A DNA stretch of 47,241 nt from Mycobacteriales bacterium (GTDB taxonomy: Bacteria; Actinomycetota; Actinomycetes; Mycobacteriales; SCTD01), in contig JBKJVH010000009.1 in assembly GCA_046590985.1 (NCBI GenBank), forward strand, positions 1 through 47,241. Reading direction: 5' to 3'. The notes below the pieces were generated by a model. That model was not told where the DNA came from, ran no database searches, and worked only from the letters and a program-made list of their open reading frames with translations. Within the stretch, counting starts at the first letter, position 1; the number at the start of each line of letters is the position of its first letter. Of this stretch, positions 11,118-20,861 are shown piece after piece. Both the position numbers and the translations under genes were made by a program.

Positions 11118-11208
11118 CCAGGGTGTCCGCGACCGGACAACTGCCCGGTGACGGCCCTGCCAACCCCCTACACTCGCCTCCCTCGAGCCGTTGTCAGGAG
11201 GACTTCTC

Positions 11209-11631
11209 ATGGTCTCGATGCAGAACCTCGGCCCCACGGTCATCTTGAAGTCGCCACTGCACCCCATCATGAGCAAGGGGTTTCTGGTCCTGCAGTGGAC
11301 CGGTCGCAAGTCCGGCAAGACCTTCGCCGCCCCCGTCGGCTACGTGCCCGGGGACGACGGCGCGCTGCTCGTCACCAGCGACAGCACCTGGGTGCAGAAC
11401 TTCACCGGTGGGGCACCCGTCACCGTGTGGTTCAGGGGAAAGAAACGCACCGCTCGTGCGGAGCTGGTCGACGACCGCGAGGCCGCCGCCGAGGCCATTC
11501 AACGGATGGTCAAGGCCTACCCGTCCTGGGCCAAGAACGCCGAGGTCCGCCCGAGTGCCAACGGCGAGATCGACCTCGACGCCTGCCGGGTCGCGAGTGC
11601 CACCCGGCGGCTGGTCCGCATCACGCTCTGA
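11209..11631 (+). CDS. Deazaflavin (F420)-dependent nitroreductase-like split beta-barrel protein
   Basis: ILKSPLH...LVLQWTGRKSGK...PVGY...WVQNF pattern; AGGAGG RBS; TACACT at 11169. Confidence 0.75.
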   Translation: MVSMQNLGPTVILKSPLHPIMSKGFLVLQWTGRKSGKTFAAPVGYVPGDDGALLVTSDSTWVQNFTGGAPVTVWFRGKKRTARAELVDDREAAAEAIQRMVKAYPSWAKNAEVRPSANGEIDLDACRVASATRRLVRITL

Positions 11632-11702
11632 CGTCGGCAGCCCGACAGACGGCGCGCCTGTGCCGTTGTAGCGTCTCGTCTTCCGTACGCAGGGGAGCTG
11701 GC

Positions 11703-12896
11703 ATGACATCTCGCGACGACAGGGTCATCGTGATCGGCGGCGGCATCGGCGGGCTCGGTGCCGCACGCGGTCTGCACGGCATGGGCGTGCCCGTCACCGT
11801 CTTCGAGCAGGCGGCCGAGCTCAAGGAGGTCGGCGCCGGTATCCAGGTCTGGGTCGACGGCATGAAGGCGCTGCACGAGATCGGGGCGGCCGACTACGTC
11901 AACGCCCACTCCGGGCGGCTGGACCGGATGGAGTTCCGCTCCTGGAAGGGATCGGTGCTCGTCACGAACCAGCTCGGCAACTTGTGCCAGGAGACCGGCG
12001 CCGCGAGCCCGGTGATGATCCGGCGCGCCGAGCTGCTGACCGCGCTCAGCCGAGACCTGCCGCCGGAAGCCATCCAGCTCGAGAGCCGATGCGTCGGGTT
12101 CACGCAGGACGACACGGGCGTGACGGTGCAGTTCGCCGACGGACGCGAGGAACGCGGCGCGGTGCTGCTGGCTTTCGACGGCATCAACTCCGTGATCCGT
12201 CGCCAGGAGTTCGGCGAGGTCAGCACGCCGCGGTTCGCCGGCTACCAGTACCTCCGGGCCATCACCTACTACGACAAGCCGGCGTTCCCGCGCAACCAGT
12301 TCTCGTTCACCTTCGGTCCCGGCGACCGCTTCGGCATGGGCGACGTCGGCGGTGGCTGGATCTACTGGTTCGGGGTGCTGACCTACCCGCAGGAGAACAC
12401 CCAGGACGGGCCCGAGGGCCGCAAGGGCGAGTTGCTGCGCCGGTTCAAGGACTTCCCTGCACCGGTCCCCGAGGCGCTCGAGGGCACCCCCGAGGACGAC
12501 ATCCTGCGCAACGACATCCGCGACCTACCTGCTCTGACGCAGTGGGCGAGCGGTCGCGTGACCGTCGCCGGCGATGCCGCGCACGCCCCGACTCCCAACC
12601 TGGGACGTGGCGCCAGCATGGCCTTGGTGGACGGCTGGACGCTCTCGCGCCGCCTCGCCGAGGCTGGGGACCTGACCGACCTCGAGCGGGTCCGTGGCGC
12701 CCTCTCAGCCTTCGAGGCCGAGCGCCGCCCCGAGACCACGAAGATCCAGAACTTCTCGTGGCGGTTCGGGAGCACCGCGAACTGGTCGAACCCCGTGGCG
12801 TGGCGAGTGCGCGACAGCGTCATGAAGGTCGTGATGCCCCGGGCGATGGTCAAGGACTCCCGCCAGGAGTTCGCGCAGTACAGCCTGACTACCTGA
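11703..12896 (+). CDS. FAD-dependent monooxygenase (aromatic hydroxylase family)
   Basis: VIGGGIGG, DGINS, GDAAHAPTPNLGRGASMA; GGGAG RBS before ATG 11703. Confidence 0.93.
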   Translation: MTSRDDRVIVIGGGIGGLGAARGLHGMGVPVTVFEQAAELKEVGAGIQVWVDGMKALHEIGAADYVNAHSGRLDRMEFRSWKGSVLVTNQLGNLCQETGAASPVMIRRAELLTALSRDLPPEAIQLESRCVGFTQDDTGVTVQFADGREERGAVLLAFDGINSVIRRQEFGEVSTPRFAGYQYLRAITYYDKPAFPRNQFSFTFGPGDRFGMGDVGGGWIYWFGVLTYPQENTQDGPEGRKGELLRRFKDFPAPVPEALEGTPEDDILRNDIRDLPALTQWASGRVTVAGDAAHAPTPNLGRGASMALVDGWTLSRRLAEAGDLTDLERVRGALSAFEAERRPETTKIQNFSWRFGSTANWSNPVAWRVRDSVMKVVMPRAMVKDSRQEFAQYSLTT

Positions 12897-13836
12897 CGAA
12901 CTCCGGATTGGCCGCAGCGAACGACTCGAGCTTCTTGACCGAGTCCGCGGCGACGCCCTCGACGTCGCGGTCGATCTGCCGGATGAGACCGGTGAGGGTC
13001 CGGCCGGCCCCTAGCTCCAGAGTGCGCCCCACCCCCGCACCCACCAGAGCCTGTACGCACTCGACCCACCGGACCGCGCCGGTGATCTGGTTGGTCAGCG
13101 CCTCGCGCACCTCGTCCGCGGTGGTGACCAGCCGGCCCATCGCGTTGGAGGCCATCGGGACGTCCGGGTCCCGGAAGGCCACCTCGCCCATCAGCTCGGC
13201 CATCTTCGCCTGGGTCGGAGCCATCAGCTGGCTGTGGAACGCGGCGCCCACCTGCAGCCGTACCGCCTTCTCCGCCCCGGCGCCAGGAGCCGCCTCGACC
13301 ACCGCTTCGACGCCGGCGATCTCGCCGGAGACCACGATCTGCGTCGGGGTGTTGAGGTTCGCCGGGGCCACCAGACCAGCGGTGGCACTGACCTGCTCGC
13401 ACAGCGCCGTGAGGTCCGCCAGCGGCATCCCCATGATGGCCGCCATCGCCCCGGGGCGCTCGTCCTGCGCCCCCGCCATCAAGCGCCCGCGTTCGGCAAC
13501 GAGCCGCAGGCCGTCCTCGTACGACAGGGCGCCCGAGGCCACCGCTGCGGTGTACTCGCCCAGGCTGTGCCCGGCGACGAAGTCCGGCCGCAGGCCGAGC
13601 TCGCGAGCCACCTCGAGGACCGCGAGCGACAGCGCGAACAGCGCCGGCTGCGCGACGTTGGTCTCGGTCAGCGACTCGGCCGGCCCTTCAAGGGCGTACT
13701 GCCGGACCGGCACCCCAGCCGCAGCGTCGGCTGCCGCGAAGTAGCGATCGAACAGCTCAGGCCTGACCTCGAGGAGGTCCGCCCCCATCCCGACCTTCTG
13801 CGAACCTTGCCCCGGAAACACGAACGCGAGCTTCAT
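12889..13836 (-). CDS. fabD: Malonyl-CoA:ACP transacylase
   Basis: FVFPGQGSQ, AQPALF, GHSLGEY, GAAFHS. Confidence 0.95.
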   Translation of the reverse strand: MKLAFVFPGQGSQKVGMGADLLEVRPELFDRYFAAADAAAGVPVRQYALEGPAESLTETNVAQPALFALSLAVLEVARELGLRPDFVAGHSLGEYTAAVASGALSYEDGLRLVAERGRLMAGAQDERPGAMAAIMGMPLADLTALCEQVSATAGLVAPANLNTPTQIVVSGEIAGVEAVVEAAPGAGAEKAVRLQVGAAFHSQLMAPTQAKMAELMGEVAFRDPDVPMASNAMGRLVTTADEVREALTNQITGAVRWVECVQALVGAGVGRTLELGAGRTLTGLIRQIDRDVEGVAADSVKKLESFAAANPEFVR

Positions 13837-13868
13837 CTGCCGGATCCTGCCACAGGTTCCGCGCCAGG

Positions 13869-16811
13869 TCAGCGGGCGCCGACGGGCTCTCCGGCAGTGA
13901 CCTCGGCAGCGGCGTAGACGAAGCGAGCGTGCCCGATCCAGACCTCGTCGCCCTCCTGCAGCACTGCGGTACGCACCCTGGTCTTGTTGACGAACGTGCC
14001 GACCCGGCTGTCGAGGTCCGACACCCGACAGCCGCCGCCGGACTCCCGGATCGCGACCGCGTGGAAGCGCGAGACCTGCGGAGCGTCCAGCACGATGTCG
14101 TTGCCGCGGTCGCGTCCGAGGCGCAGTTCGGGACGGTCCTGAAGGAGCGTGGCCAGGTTGCCGCTGCGGACCTGCTGGGCCGACGGCGTCGGCCGCGGAG
14201 CAGCGCCTCGGACGGCGTGCGCGACGACGGCAGCCAACTCCGGATCGCGCGCCAGCAGAGCGGCGAAATCGTCGTAGCTCAGGGTCCACAGCTGCGCATC
14301 CGTCACGGCGGTAACCGTGGCGGCGCCGCGCGCACCGCCGAGCAGCGCGACCTCCCCGAACAACTGCCCGGCCCCGAGCCGCGCGGTCTCGGTGACGGTT
14401 CCGCGGAAGTCCCAGGCCACCGAGAGGGTGCCGGCGTCGAGCAGGCAGAGCTCGGTCAGCGGCGCGTTGTCGCGGCTCACGATTCCCCCGGCCGGCACGG
14501 TCTTGGGCCTCAGCAGCGCGGCGACCTGACGCATCCCCTCCGGGGACGCGTGTCCGAGCAGGGGCACCCGGCGCAGCCAGGCCACCCGTGCGTCCTCGAC
14601 CCGACCTTGACGAAGCAGCACGGTCTCCCTGGCTCCGGTGGGTGCCGCGCGCGTTCCGGAGGGGCCTTCGGAGATCCCGAAACGGTCATGGAGGCGGCGC
14701 AGCAACGGCGGGGCCCACCAGTTCGCCTCGCCCGCAAGGCGCATGAACGCAGGCACGAGCACGCCGCGCACCAGGGTCGCGTCCATGAGGACCGCGATGG
14801 TCAGGCCGACGCCCATCAGCTTGATGAAGGTGACCTGGGAGGTCGCGAACGAGGTGAACGTGACCGCGAGGATGGCGGCCGCCGCCGTCATGATCCGGCC
14901 GGTCTTCTGCAGCCCGACGGCGACCGCCGAGGTGGTGTCGCGGGAGTGGTCGCGCTCCTCCTTGATGCGCGACAGCAGGAAGACCTCGTAGTCCATCGAC
15001 AGCCCGAACGCGATGCAGAACATCAGGATCGGGATCGTGGTGTTCAGCGACCCTGTCGGCGTGAAGCTCAGCAGGCTCGAGCCATGGCCGTCCTGGAACA
15101 CCCACACCATCGCGCCGAACGTCGCCCCCAGGCTGAGCACGTTCAGCACGATGGCCTTGACCGGGATGAGCACGCTGCCGGTCATGAGGAACAGCAGTAC
15201 GAACGTCGCGCCCGCCACCAGCAGCAGAGCCACCGGAACGAGGCCGAAGATCGCAGACTTGGAGTCGACGAGCTCCGCTGCCGGACCGGCCACCAGGAAC
15301 GGCACGCCGGCCTTCAGCGCGCGCACTGCCTTGACGAGGCCGGCGCCGGCCGAGGACACCGGCTCCACGTTCGAGGAGACCTCCAGGTAGGAGCCGGTCG
15401 CATCCTTCAGCCGCTGCCCAGCGGGGGTCGGATCAGCCACCTTCGCGCCGTTCTCGAAGCTGCCCGTACTGGCTTCGACGCGACTGACCTTCGGCACCCT
15501 GGAGATGGCGGTCGCCAGCTCGGTCGTCTGCTCCGCGGTTGCCTTGGGGAGCACCACCGGGAACGACCGTGCGGCGCCGGCGGTGAAGTCGTGACGGACG
15601 CTGTCCCCGACGATCCGGGCGGGGTTGCTGGGCGGCAGGTCGCGGTCGTCGGGGAGGCTGAACGAGACGCCGAGGAACGGCACCGCGAGCGCCGCCAGCA
15701 CGATGACGACCGGCAGCCCGGTCCGCACCGGCCGACGCATGACGGTGTGCGACAGGCTGTACCAGAAGCCCGCACCGCTGTCGGCCTTGCTCCTGCGCCG
15801 GCCGACGGCGAGGTTGTTCACCCGCGGGCCGAGGACGGCCAGCAGGGCCGGCAGGGTGAGCAGGCCGCCGAGGGCGGCAATCAGCACCACCGCCACGCCG
15901 GCATAGGCGAACGAGCTCAGGAAGTAGAGCGGGAAGATGAGCAGCGCGGACAGCGCGACGGCCACCGTGATGGCGCTGAACGCGACGGTGCGACCGGCGG
16001 TCTCGACGGTCCGGGCGATGGCCGCTTCGGTGTCCAAGCCGTTCGCGAGCTCCTCCCGGAACCGCACGACCACGAGCAGGCTGTAGTCGATCGCGAGCCC
16101 CAGCCCGAGCGCGGTGGCGAGGTTGATCGAGAAGATCGAGACATCGGTGATGAGCGAGACCAGGAACAGCGCGAGGAACGTCCCCATGATCGCCAGTGCC
16201 CCGAGGGCCAGCGGCAGCAGCGCCGCCACGACCCCGCCGAAGACCAGGAGCAGCAGCACCAGCGTGATCGGCACGGCGAAGGACTCGGCCTTGGCGAGGT
16301 CGGCGCCGATCGTCTTGCCGAGGCCCACACCGGGGCCGCCGGCCTGGATCTTCAGTCCCTCGAAGGTGCCCTCGTACTTGGTGGCCAACCGGTCGGCGAT
16401 CTTGTCGTTCTCATCGCCGGCGTGGTCGAGCCGGACGAGCAGCAGGGCCTTGTTCCCGGCGGTGCTCCGCAGCCCCGGCACCGCCCCGGGCCAGTAGGAC
16501 ACCACGCCCTTGACGCCCTTCTCGGCGGTCACCTTGGCCGTCAGGTCGGTGCCGCTCCTGACGGCCGCGGGGGCATCGACGCTGCCCGGCGCGGTGACCA
16601 GCAGGAGCAGGTCGGTGCTGCCCGCGCGGAACCGGTCCGCGAGGACGGTGCCTGCCCGTACCGACTCCGCGGACGGGTCCTGGAAGCCGCCGGACTTCAG
16701 GCGGCTGAACACCCCGGGGCCCGCCACGATCGCCGCCACCAGGAACACGATGGTGCCGCCGAGCACGAGCCAGCGGCGCCGGTAGGCGAACTTGCCCAGG
16801 AAAGCGAACAC
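13869..16811 (-). CDS. MMPL (RND) transporter with C-terminal cNMP-binding and FHA domains
   Basis: GLGLAIDYSLL...RFREE and FGLSMDYEVFLLSRIKEE; then LRRVPLL...FGEVALLGG (cNMP fold) and LGRD...VSRFHA...GTFVN (FHA). Confidence 0.92.
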   Translation of the reverse strand: MFAFLGKFAYRRRWLVLGGTIVFLVAAIVAGPGVFSRLKSGGFQDPSAESVRAGTVLADRFRAGSTDLLLLVTAPGSVDAPAAVRSGTDLTAKVTAEKGVKGVVSYWPGAVPGLRSTAGNKALLLVRLDHAGDENDKIADRLATKYEGTFEGLKIQAGGPGVGLGKTIGADLAKAESFAVPITLVLLLLVFGGVVAALLPLALGALAIMGTFLALFLVSLITDVSIFSINLATALGLGLAIDYSLLVVVRFREELANGLDTEAAIARTVETAGRTVAFSAITVAVALSALLIFPLYFLSSFAYAGVAVVLIAALGGLLTLPALLAVLGPRVNNLAVGRRRSKADSGAGFWYSLSHTVMRRPVRTGLPVVIVLAALAVPFLGVSFSLPDDRDLPPSNPARIVGDSVRHDFTAGAARSFPVVLPKATAEQTTELATAISRVPKVSRVEASTGSFENGAKVADPTPAGQRLKDATGSYLEVSSNVEPVSSAGAGLVKAVRALKAGVPFLVAGPAAELVDSKSAIFGLVPVALLLVAGATFVLLFLMTGSVLIPVKAIVLNVLSLGATFGAMVWVFQDGHGSSLLSFTPTGSLNTTIPILMFCIAFGLSMDYEVFLLSRIKEERDHSRDTTSAVAVGLQKTGRIMTAAAAILAVTFTSFATSQVTFIKLMGVGLTIAVLMDATLVRGVLVPAFMRLAGEANWWAPPLLRRLHDRFGISEGPSGTRAAPTGARETVLLRQGRVEDARVAWLRRVPLLGHASPEGMRQVAALLRPKTVPAGGIVSRDNAPLTELCLLDAGTLSVAWDFRGTVTETARLGAGQLFGEVALLGGARGAATVTAVTDAQLWTLSYDDFAALLARDPELAAVVAHAVRGAAPRPTPSAQQVRSGNLATLLQDRPELRLGRDRGNDIVLDAPQVSRFHAVAIRESGGGCRVSDLDSRVGTFVNKTRVRTAVLQEGDEVWIGHARFVYAAAEVTAGEPVGAR

Positions 16812-16839
16812 GCTCTCAGACCTTCCTGTTCAACGCCGG

Positions 16840-18363
16840 TCAGGTGAGGGCGGGCATCGACTCGGGGTTGAAGCGCTCCGCACTGGCAGGCACTCCGAGC
16901 TGCCCCATGACGAGGCCGCTGGAGAAGACCCCGGAGATCATGGCACGCAGGAAGCAGCCGCCTGGCTGGGTGAAGGCACCGGCGAGGTAGAGCCCCGGCA
17001 GCGGGGTCACCGGGGCCGGCCGCGAGCCACCGGCGGCTTGCGGGGTCGGTGCCCAGCCGAAGGCCGTACCGCCCTGCCGGCGAGCCTGGAGCGCCAGCAT
17101 GGCCGGGGTGGTGACCTGGGTGTGGGTGAGACCTGCGGCGAGCCCGGGGAAGGTCTGCTCGGCGACCGCGAGCAACCGGTCCCGCCAGCGCTCGGCCGCC
17201 TCCTCCCAATCGGGCTCGGCGGACTGGGGCGCGAACGCAGTCACCGCCACGACGTGCTCACCAGCCGGAGCGAGCGAGGGGTCGACCAGCGACGGGACCC
17301 GGATCAGCACGCTCTGCGGGTCACCGGCTGCGGTGGCGTCGAAGCAGGCGTCGAGGTCGAAGCCACTGACCACCGTGGTGTCCTTGGCGTCCGCGGCGGC
17401 CAGGTCATGGGTGGTTGCCGCGTGCAGGATCACCGCGGACGGCGCGGCCCCGAGCCGTCGGACCTTGCGCAGGAACGGGACCGGCAACGCGTCGGCGGGC
17501 AGCAGGTGGTCGTAGGTGCTGGTCGCGTCGGCGTTGGAGATGACCGCCGTGGCGTGGAGCGTCCGGCCGTCAGCGAGCTCGACGCCGGTGACCGTCCCCT
17601 CGGCGACGACGATGCTTGCCACGGCCGTACCGGTCAGGACCGTGCCACCGCCGCGTTCGATGGCGATGACCAGCGCGTCCGTGAAGGTCTGCGCTCCCCC
17701 GGCGAACATGAACGCGCCCTCGGTGACGTAGGTGCCGACCGCCTGGGCGAACGTGTTCATGGAAAGATGCCGTGGCGCAAGCCCTTGCATCATCCCGTTC
17801 AGCGCGCAGACGGCGCGCGCGACCGGGTCGGTGAGGTAGTCGTCGAGGGCCTCGTTGACGGTCGCCTTGCGGTAGCGGAACGCGGCGGGGTACTCCGCCT
17901 GCAGCCGATCGAGGTCGGCCAGCCCCGCGCTCTGCGGCAGCGCATGAGCCTGCTCATGAAGGTCGGTGCCGGCGGCGAAGAACGACGTCACGGCGGCGGC
18001 GTGCTCGTCGGGCAGGACCGCGGTGTGCGCGCCGACGAACGCCTCCATGGTGCCGATCGGGGCGTCGAAACGGATCCCCGGCAACACACCCGTGAAGAAC
18101 GTGTCGAGGTCGATCATCGAGCACACGTCGGTGATGCCGAGGAACGCCAGCATCGCCCGGAACAGCGGCGGGTCCGACAGTGCATGCACCGCAGGATCGA
18201 AGGTGTACGGACCGGAGTGCGCGGCCCGGGCATAGCCACCGGCTCGCTCGGCGGCCTCGACGACGACGACGTCGACGCCTGCCTTGGCCAGCAGCGCCGC
18301 AGCTGTCAGCCCCCCGACGCCTCCTCCGACGACGATCACGTCATGCCCGTTCGGGACTCCCAT
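16840..18363 (-). CDS. Phytoene desaturase (CrtI)-family FAD oxidoreductase, copy 1
   Basis: DVIVVGGGVGGL, GGYA...YTFD, VISNAD, TPLPGLYLAGAFTQPGG. Confidence 0.88.
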   Translation of the reverse strand: MGVPNGHDVIVVGGGVGGLTAAALLAKAGVDVVVVEAAERAGGYARAAHSGPYTFDPAVHALSDPPLFRAMLAFLGITDVCSMIDLDTFFTGVLPGIRFDAPIGTMEAFVGAHTAVLPDEHAAAVTSFFAAGTDLHEQAHALPQSAGLADLDRLQAEYPAAFRYRKATVNEALDDYLTDPVARAVCALNGMMQGLAPRHLSMNTFAQAVGTYVTEGAFMFAGGAQTFTDALVIAIERGGGTVLTGTAVASIVVAEGTVTGVELADGRTLHATAVISNADATSTYDHLLPADALPVPFLRKVRRLGAAPSAVILHAATTHDLAAADAKDTTVVSGFDLDACFDATAAGDPQSVLIRVPSLVDPSLAPAGEHVVAVTAFAPQSAEPDWEEAAERWRDRLLAVAEQTFPGLAAGLTHTQVTTPAMLALQARRQGGTAFGWAPTPQAAGGSRPAPVTPLPGLYLAGAFTQPGGCFLRAMISGVFSSGLVMGQLGVPASAERFNPESMPALT

Positions 18364-18402
18364 GGAGCGACAGTAACAACGCGCACTGAGTCGTGGGCCG
18401 GA

Positions 18403-19926
18403 TCACCAGGAGAACTCGACGGGGACGCCGGCGCGGGCACCGATCTGAGCAGCGGCCAGCCGACCCGCGATCGAGGAGCGCAGGAAGCCACTGCCCGGCG
18501 AGGTCCAGCCGCTGGCGAGGTAGAGCCCCTCGATCGGGGTGACCTGGTCGAGCGGTCGCGCTCCCGTTCCGTTGCCCCAGCCGTACTGCGCGCCCTGATG
18601 GTTGCGGGTGAACCGCTTGATCGTCTCCGGCGTGGAGAACGAGCTCGAGACGAGCTGGTTGCCGGTGCCGGGGAACAGCTCCTCGACGACCGCCTGCGCC
18701 GACTCGGCGTACTCAGCCTTGAGGTCCTTCCACGGCCGGCCGGCGTCGAAGGGTGCCGAGGTGGTCGTGACGAGCTGGTGCGGCTGACCCTCCGCGCGCC
18801 CTTCGAGCAAGGTCGGGACCGCGACGGCGGCGTAGCCCACGCGGCCGTCGAACGACGCCTGCCAGGCAGCCTCGAGGTCGACCATGGTGCTGTAGTAGAC
18901 GCTGTAGCCGCCGGCACCGCCGCGCTCGGCGTCCTCGAGAGTCGCGTTGGTGGCGAAGAAGCCGTTGAAGGTCGAGTCCGACGGGACGCCACGCCTGAGC
19001 TTGCGCTGGTAGCCGGCAGGCAGCTCCTGGTCGCCGAGCAGAGCCATGGTGGAGATCGGGTCAGCGTTGGACACGACCACCTTCGCAGCGATGGTGTCCC
19101 CGCCCTCCAGCCTGACCCCGGTCACCCGACCGTCCGCGACCGTGATGCCGTCGACCGCCCGGCCGTGAACCTGCTCCCCCCCGTGCTTGTCGATCGCACC
19201 GGCCACCGTGTCGAGCAGGTGCTGGATGCCGCCAACGACCCGCCCGGCGCCGTCCGCAGCGTGCGAGAACAGGTGCTGCGAGAAGACCGCAAAGGACAAT
19301 CGCGAGGGGGGAAGGCCGAGGTAGAGCCCGGGCAGCCCGATCACCGCCCGCGCCTCCGGGTCGTCGACGAAGACCTCCAGGACCTCGGCGAGACTGGCGG
19401 TGCGGTACTTCATGACCTCGGGGTGCTGGTCGACCAGCATCTGCAGGTTGCGCAGCCCACCGCCGCCTTCAAGGGTCTTGTGCAGGGCGAACTGCGTCTC
19501 GGCCGCGAGGGACAGGACCGCCCGCACCTGGTCGGCCGATCTCGGGAACAGGTCCACATGCGCGTCGATGTAGGGCTCCGCGCCGAAGGGCGCCGCGAGG
19601 TTCAGGTCCTTCCCGACGGCGATCCGCCAGAGGTAGGGCGGGACTGTGAACTCCACCTGGTCGGCGACCCCCAGGACGTCGAGGAGCCGATGCCAGTGCG
19701 GCGGGTCAAGCGTCGGGTGCACCGCCGGCTCCCAGCGCAGCCCGTCGGCCTCGAAGTCACTCACGAGGCCACCGGGCTTGGAACCTGCGTTGACGAGCAG
19801 GACCCCGAAGCCGGCGTTCGCCAGCACCGCGCCGGCGGTCAGACCGCCGATGCCACCGCCGATGACGATGACGTCGTACGCGTCGTGCCGCGGCGAGGTG
19901 GTCCTCGCATCGCTGGACTGGCTCAT
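18403..19926 (-). CDS. Phytoene desaturase (CrtI)-family FAD oxidoreductase, copy 2
   Basis: YDVIVIGGGIGGL, VVSNADP, STPETIKRFTRNHQGAQYG, TPIEGLYLASGWTSPGSG. Confidence 0.88.
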   Translation of the reverse strand: MSQSSDARTTSPRHDAYDVIVIGGGIGGLTAGAVLANAGFGVLLVNAGSKPGGLVSDFEADGLRWEPAVHPTLDPPHWHRLLDVLGVADQVEFTVPPYLWRIAVGKDLNLAAPFGAEPYIDAHVDLFPRSADQVRAVLSLAAETQFALHKTLEGGGGLRNLQMLVDQHPEVMKYRTASLAEVLEVFVDDPEARAVIGLPGLYLGLPPSRLSFAVFSQHLFSHAADGAGRVVGGIQHLLDTVAGAIDKHGGEQVHGRAVDGITVADGRVTGVRLEGGDTIAAKVVVSNADPISTMALLGDQELPAGYQRKLRRGVPSDSTFNGFFATNATLEDAERGGAGGYSVYYSTMVDLEAAWQASFDGRVGYAAVAVPTLLEGRAEGQPHQLVTTTSAPFDAGRPWKDLKAEYAESAQAVVEELFPGTGNQLVSSSFSTPETIKRFTRNHQGAQYGWGNGTGARPLDQVTPIEGLYLASGWTSPGSGFLRSSIAGRLAAAQIGARAGVPVEFSW

Positions 19927-20012
19927 GGCGTCCCCCGCCTTGTGTACGTCGGCTGGTCAAAGGTTCCCGCTCCCCCGCCGCACAGGTCAACATTTCCGGC
20001 ATACTCGTCAGC

Positions 20013-20681
20013 ATGAGCCGGGACGGTGCCGTGGCAGCAGGTGCTGCCGTCTACTCCCCGCTGCTGCTGCGCAGCTACGACATCGCGGTGCACGCGATCA
20101 GCACGCGGCTGGTCTTCCGCTGCAACCCCGAGCGACTGCAGCGGCTCTACGACCTGCACGCCGGCGCCCGGCACCTCGACATCGGCGTGGGTACGGGGAA
20201 GTTCCTCGACGGCGCGACCTGGCCCGTACCGAAGCCGCAGATCACGCTGGCCGATCTCAACGCCAACTCCCTGAAGCACGCCGCCGGTCGCATCGCGCGC
20301 TACTCCCCCACCACCATGCACGCCAACGTCCTGGAAGGCGTCGACCGCCCGCCCGGGTCGTTCGACTCGGTCGCCGTGATGCACTTGCTGCACTGCGTGC
20401 CGGGCAGCTTCGACGGCGTGAAGGGCGCGGCGTTCGCCAAGCTGGCGCCGCTGCTGGCTCCCGACGGTGCCCTGTTCGGTTCCACGATCTGCGGCACCGG
20501 GGTGAAGCACACGCCCTGGTCGCAGGGCCTGTGCAACCTGTACGACAAGCGCGGGATCTTCCACTGCCAGGAGGACTCCCCGGCCAGGGTCGAGGCTGCG
20601 TTGCGTCGGGCGTTCACCGACGTCCAGGTCGAGGTCCACGGTGTGGTGGCGCTGTTCGTCGCGCACGGCCCGCGCGGCTGA
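20013..20681 (+). CDS. Class I SAM-dependent methyltransferase
   Basis: HLDIGVGTG motif I, LADLN, FDSVAVMHLLHCVPG; CATACT 7 nt upstream suggests a leaderless start. Confidence 0.9.
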   Translation: MSRDGAVAAGAAVYSPLLLRSYDIAVHAISTRLVFRCNPERLQRLYDLHAGARHLDIGVGTGKFLDGATWPVPKPQITLADLNANSLKHAAGRIARYSPTTMHANVLEGVDRPPGSFDSVAVMHLLHCVPGSFDGVKGAAFAKLAPLLAPDGALFGSTICGTGVKHTPWSQGLCNLYDKRGIFHCQEDSPARVEAALRRAFTDVQVEVHGVVALFVAHGPRG

Positions 20682-20861
20682 GCGCCGAGCCCTAGATGCA
20701 CTGCGCCGGGGACTCGTAAGGGTCTGTGCACGACACGCGAGACTCGCAAGGACGTGTGCACCAGGAACGCGCAGGGCAGGAGGCATCGTCGGCCCGTACC
20801 AGGCCCAGGCTGAGCGCGCGCACGTCCACGCGGGGACGTGGCACACCTCGCGAAGGGGACG

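Noticed and set aside
10728-11208. CRP/GlxR sites (TGTGA-N6-TCACA) and small ORFs (10854-11318, 10876-11163)
   Set aside because: No convincing site found by eye here or in the other intergenic regions read; the ORFs lack an RBS or motifs.
11001-11702. N-terminal extension of the 631-aa monooxygenase ORF; likewise extensions of fabD (to 14289), KAS III (to 23885), TcmI (to 35681) and acpS (to 29907)
   Set aside because: They overlap other real genes; family motifs begin at the downstream starts.
16840-19926. Carotenoid biosynthesis
   Set aside because: No phytoene synthase, GGPP synthase or lycopene cyclase in the window.
19961-19990. TTGACC-N18-GAACCT upstream of the CrtI-like pair as a fourth copy of the promoter family
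   Set aside because: The -10 and the spacer differ from the three clear copies; possible but unsupported.
13929-20016. Very long plus-strand ORFs (972 aa and 1074 aa), and similar ones at 4283, 6321, 8200, 21843, 23696, 35287 and 44182
   Set aside because: Antisense shadows of motif-bearing genes, expected in high-GC DNA; no recognisable motifs.
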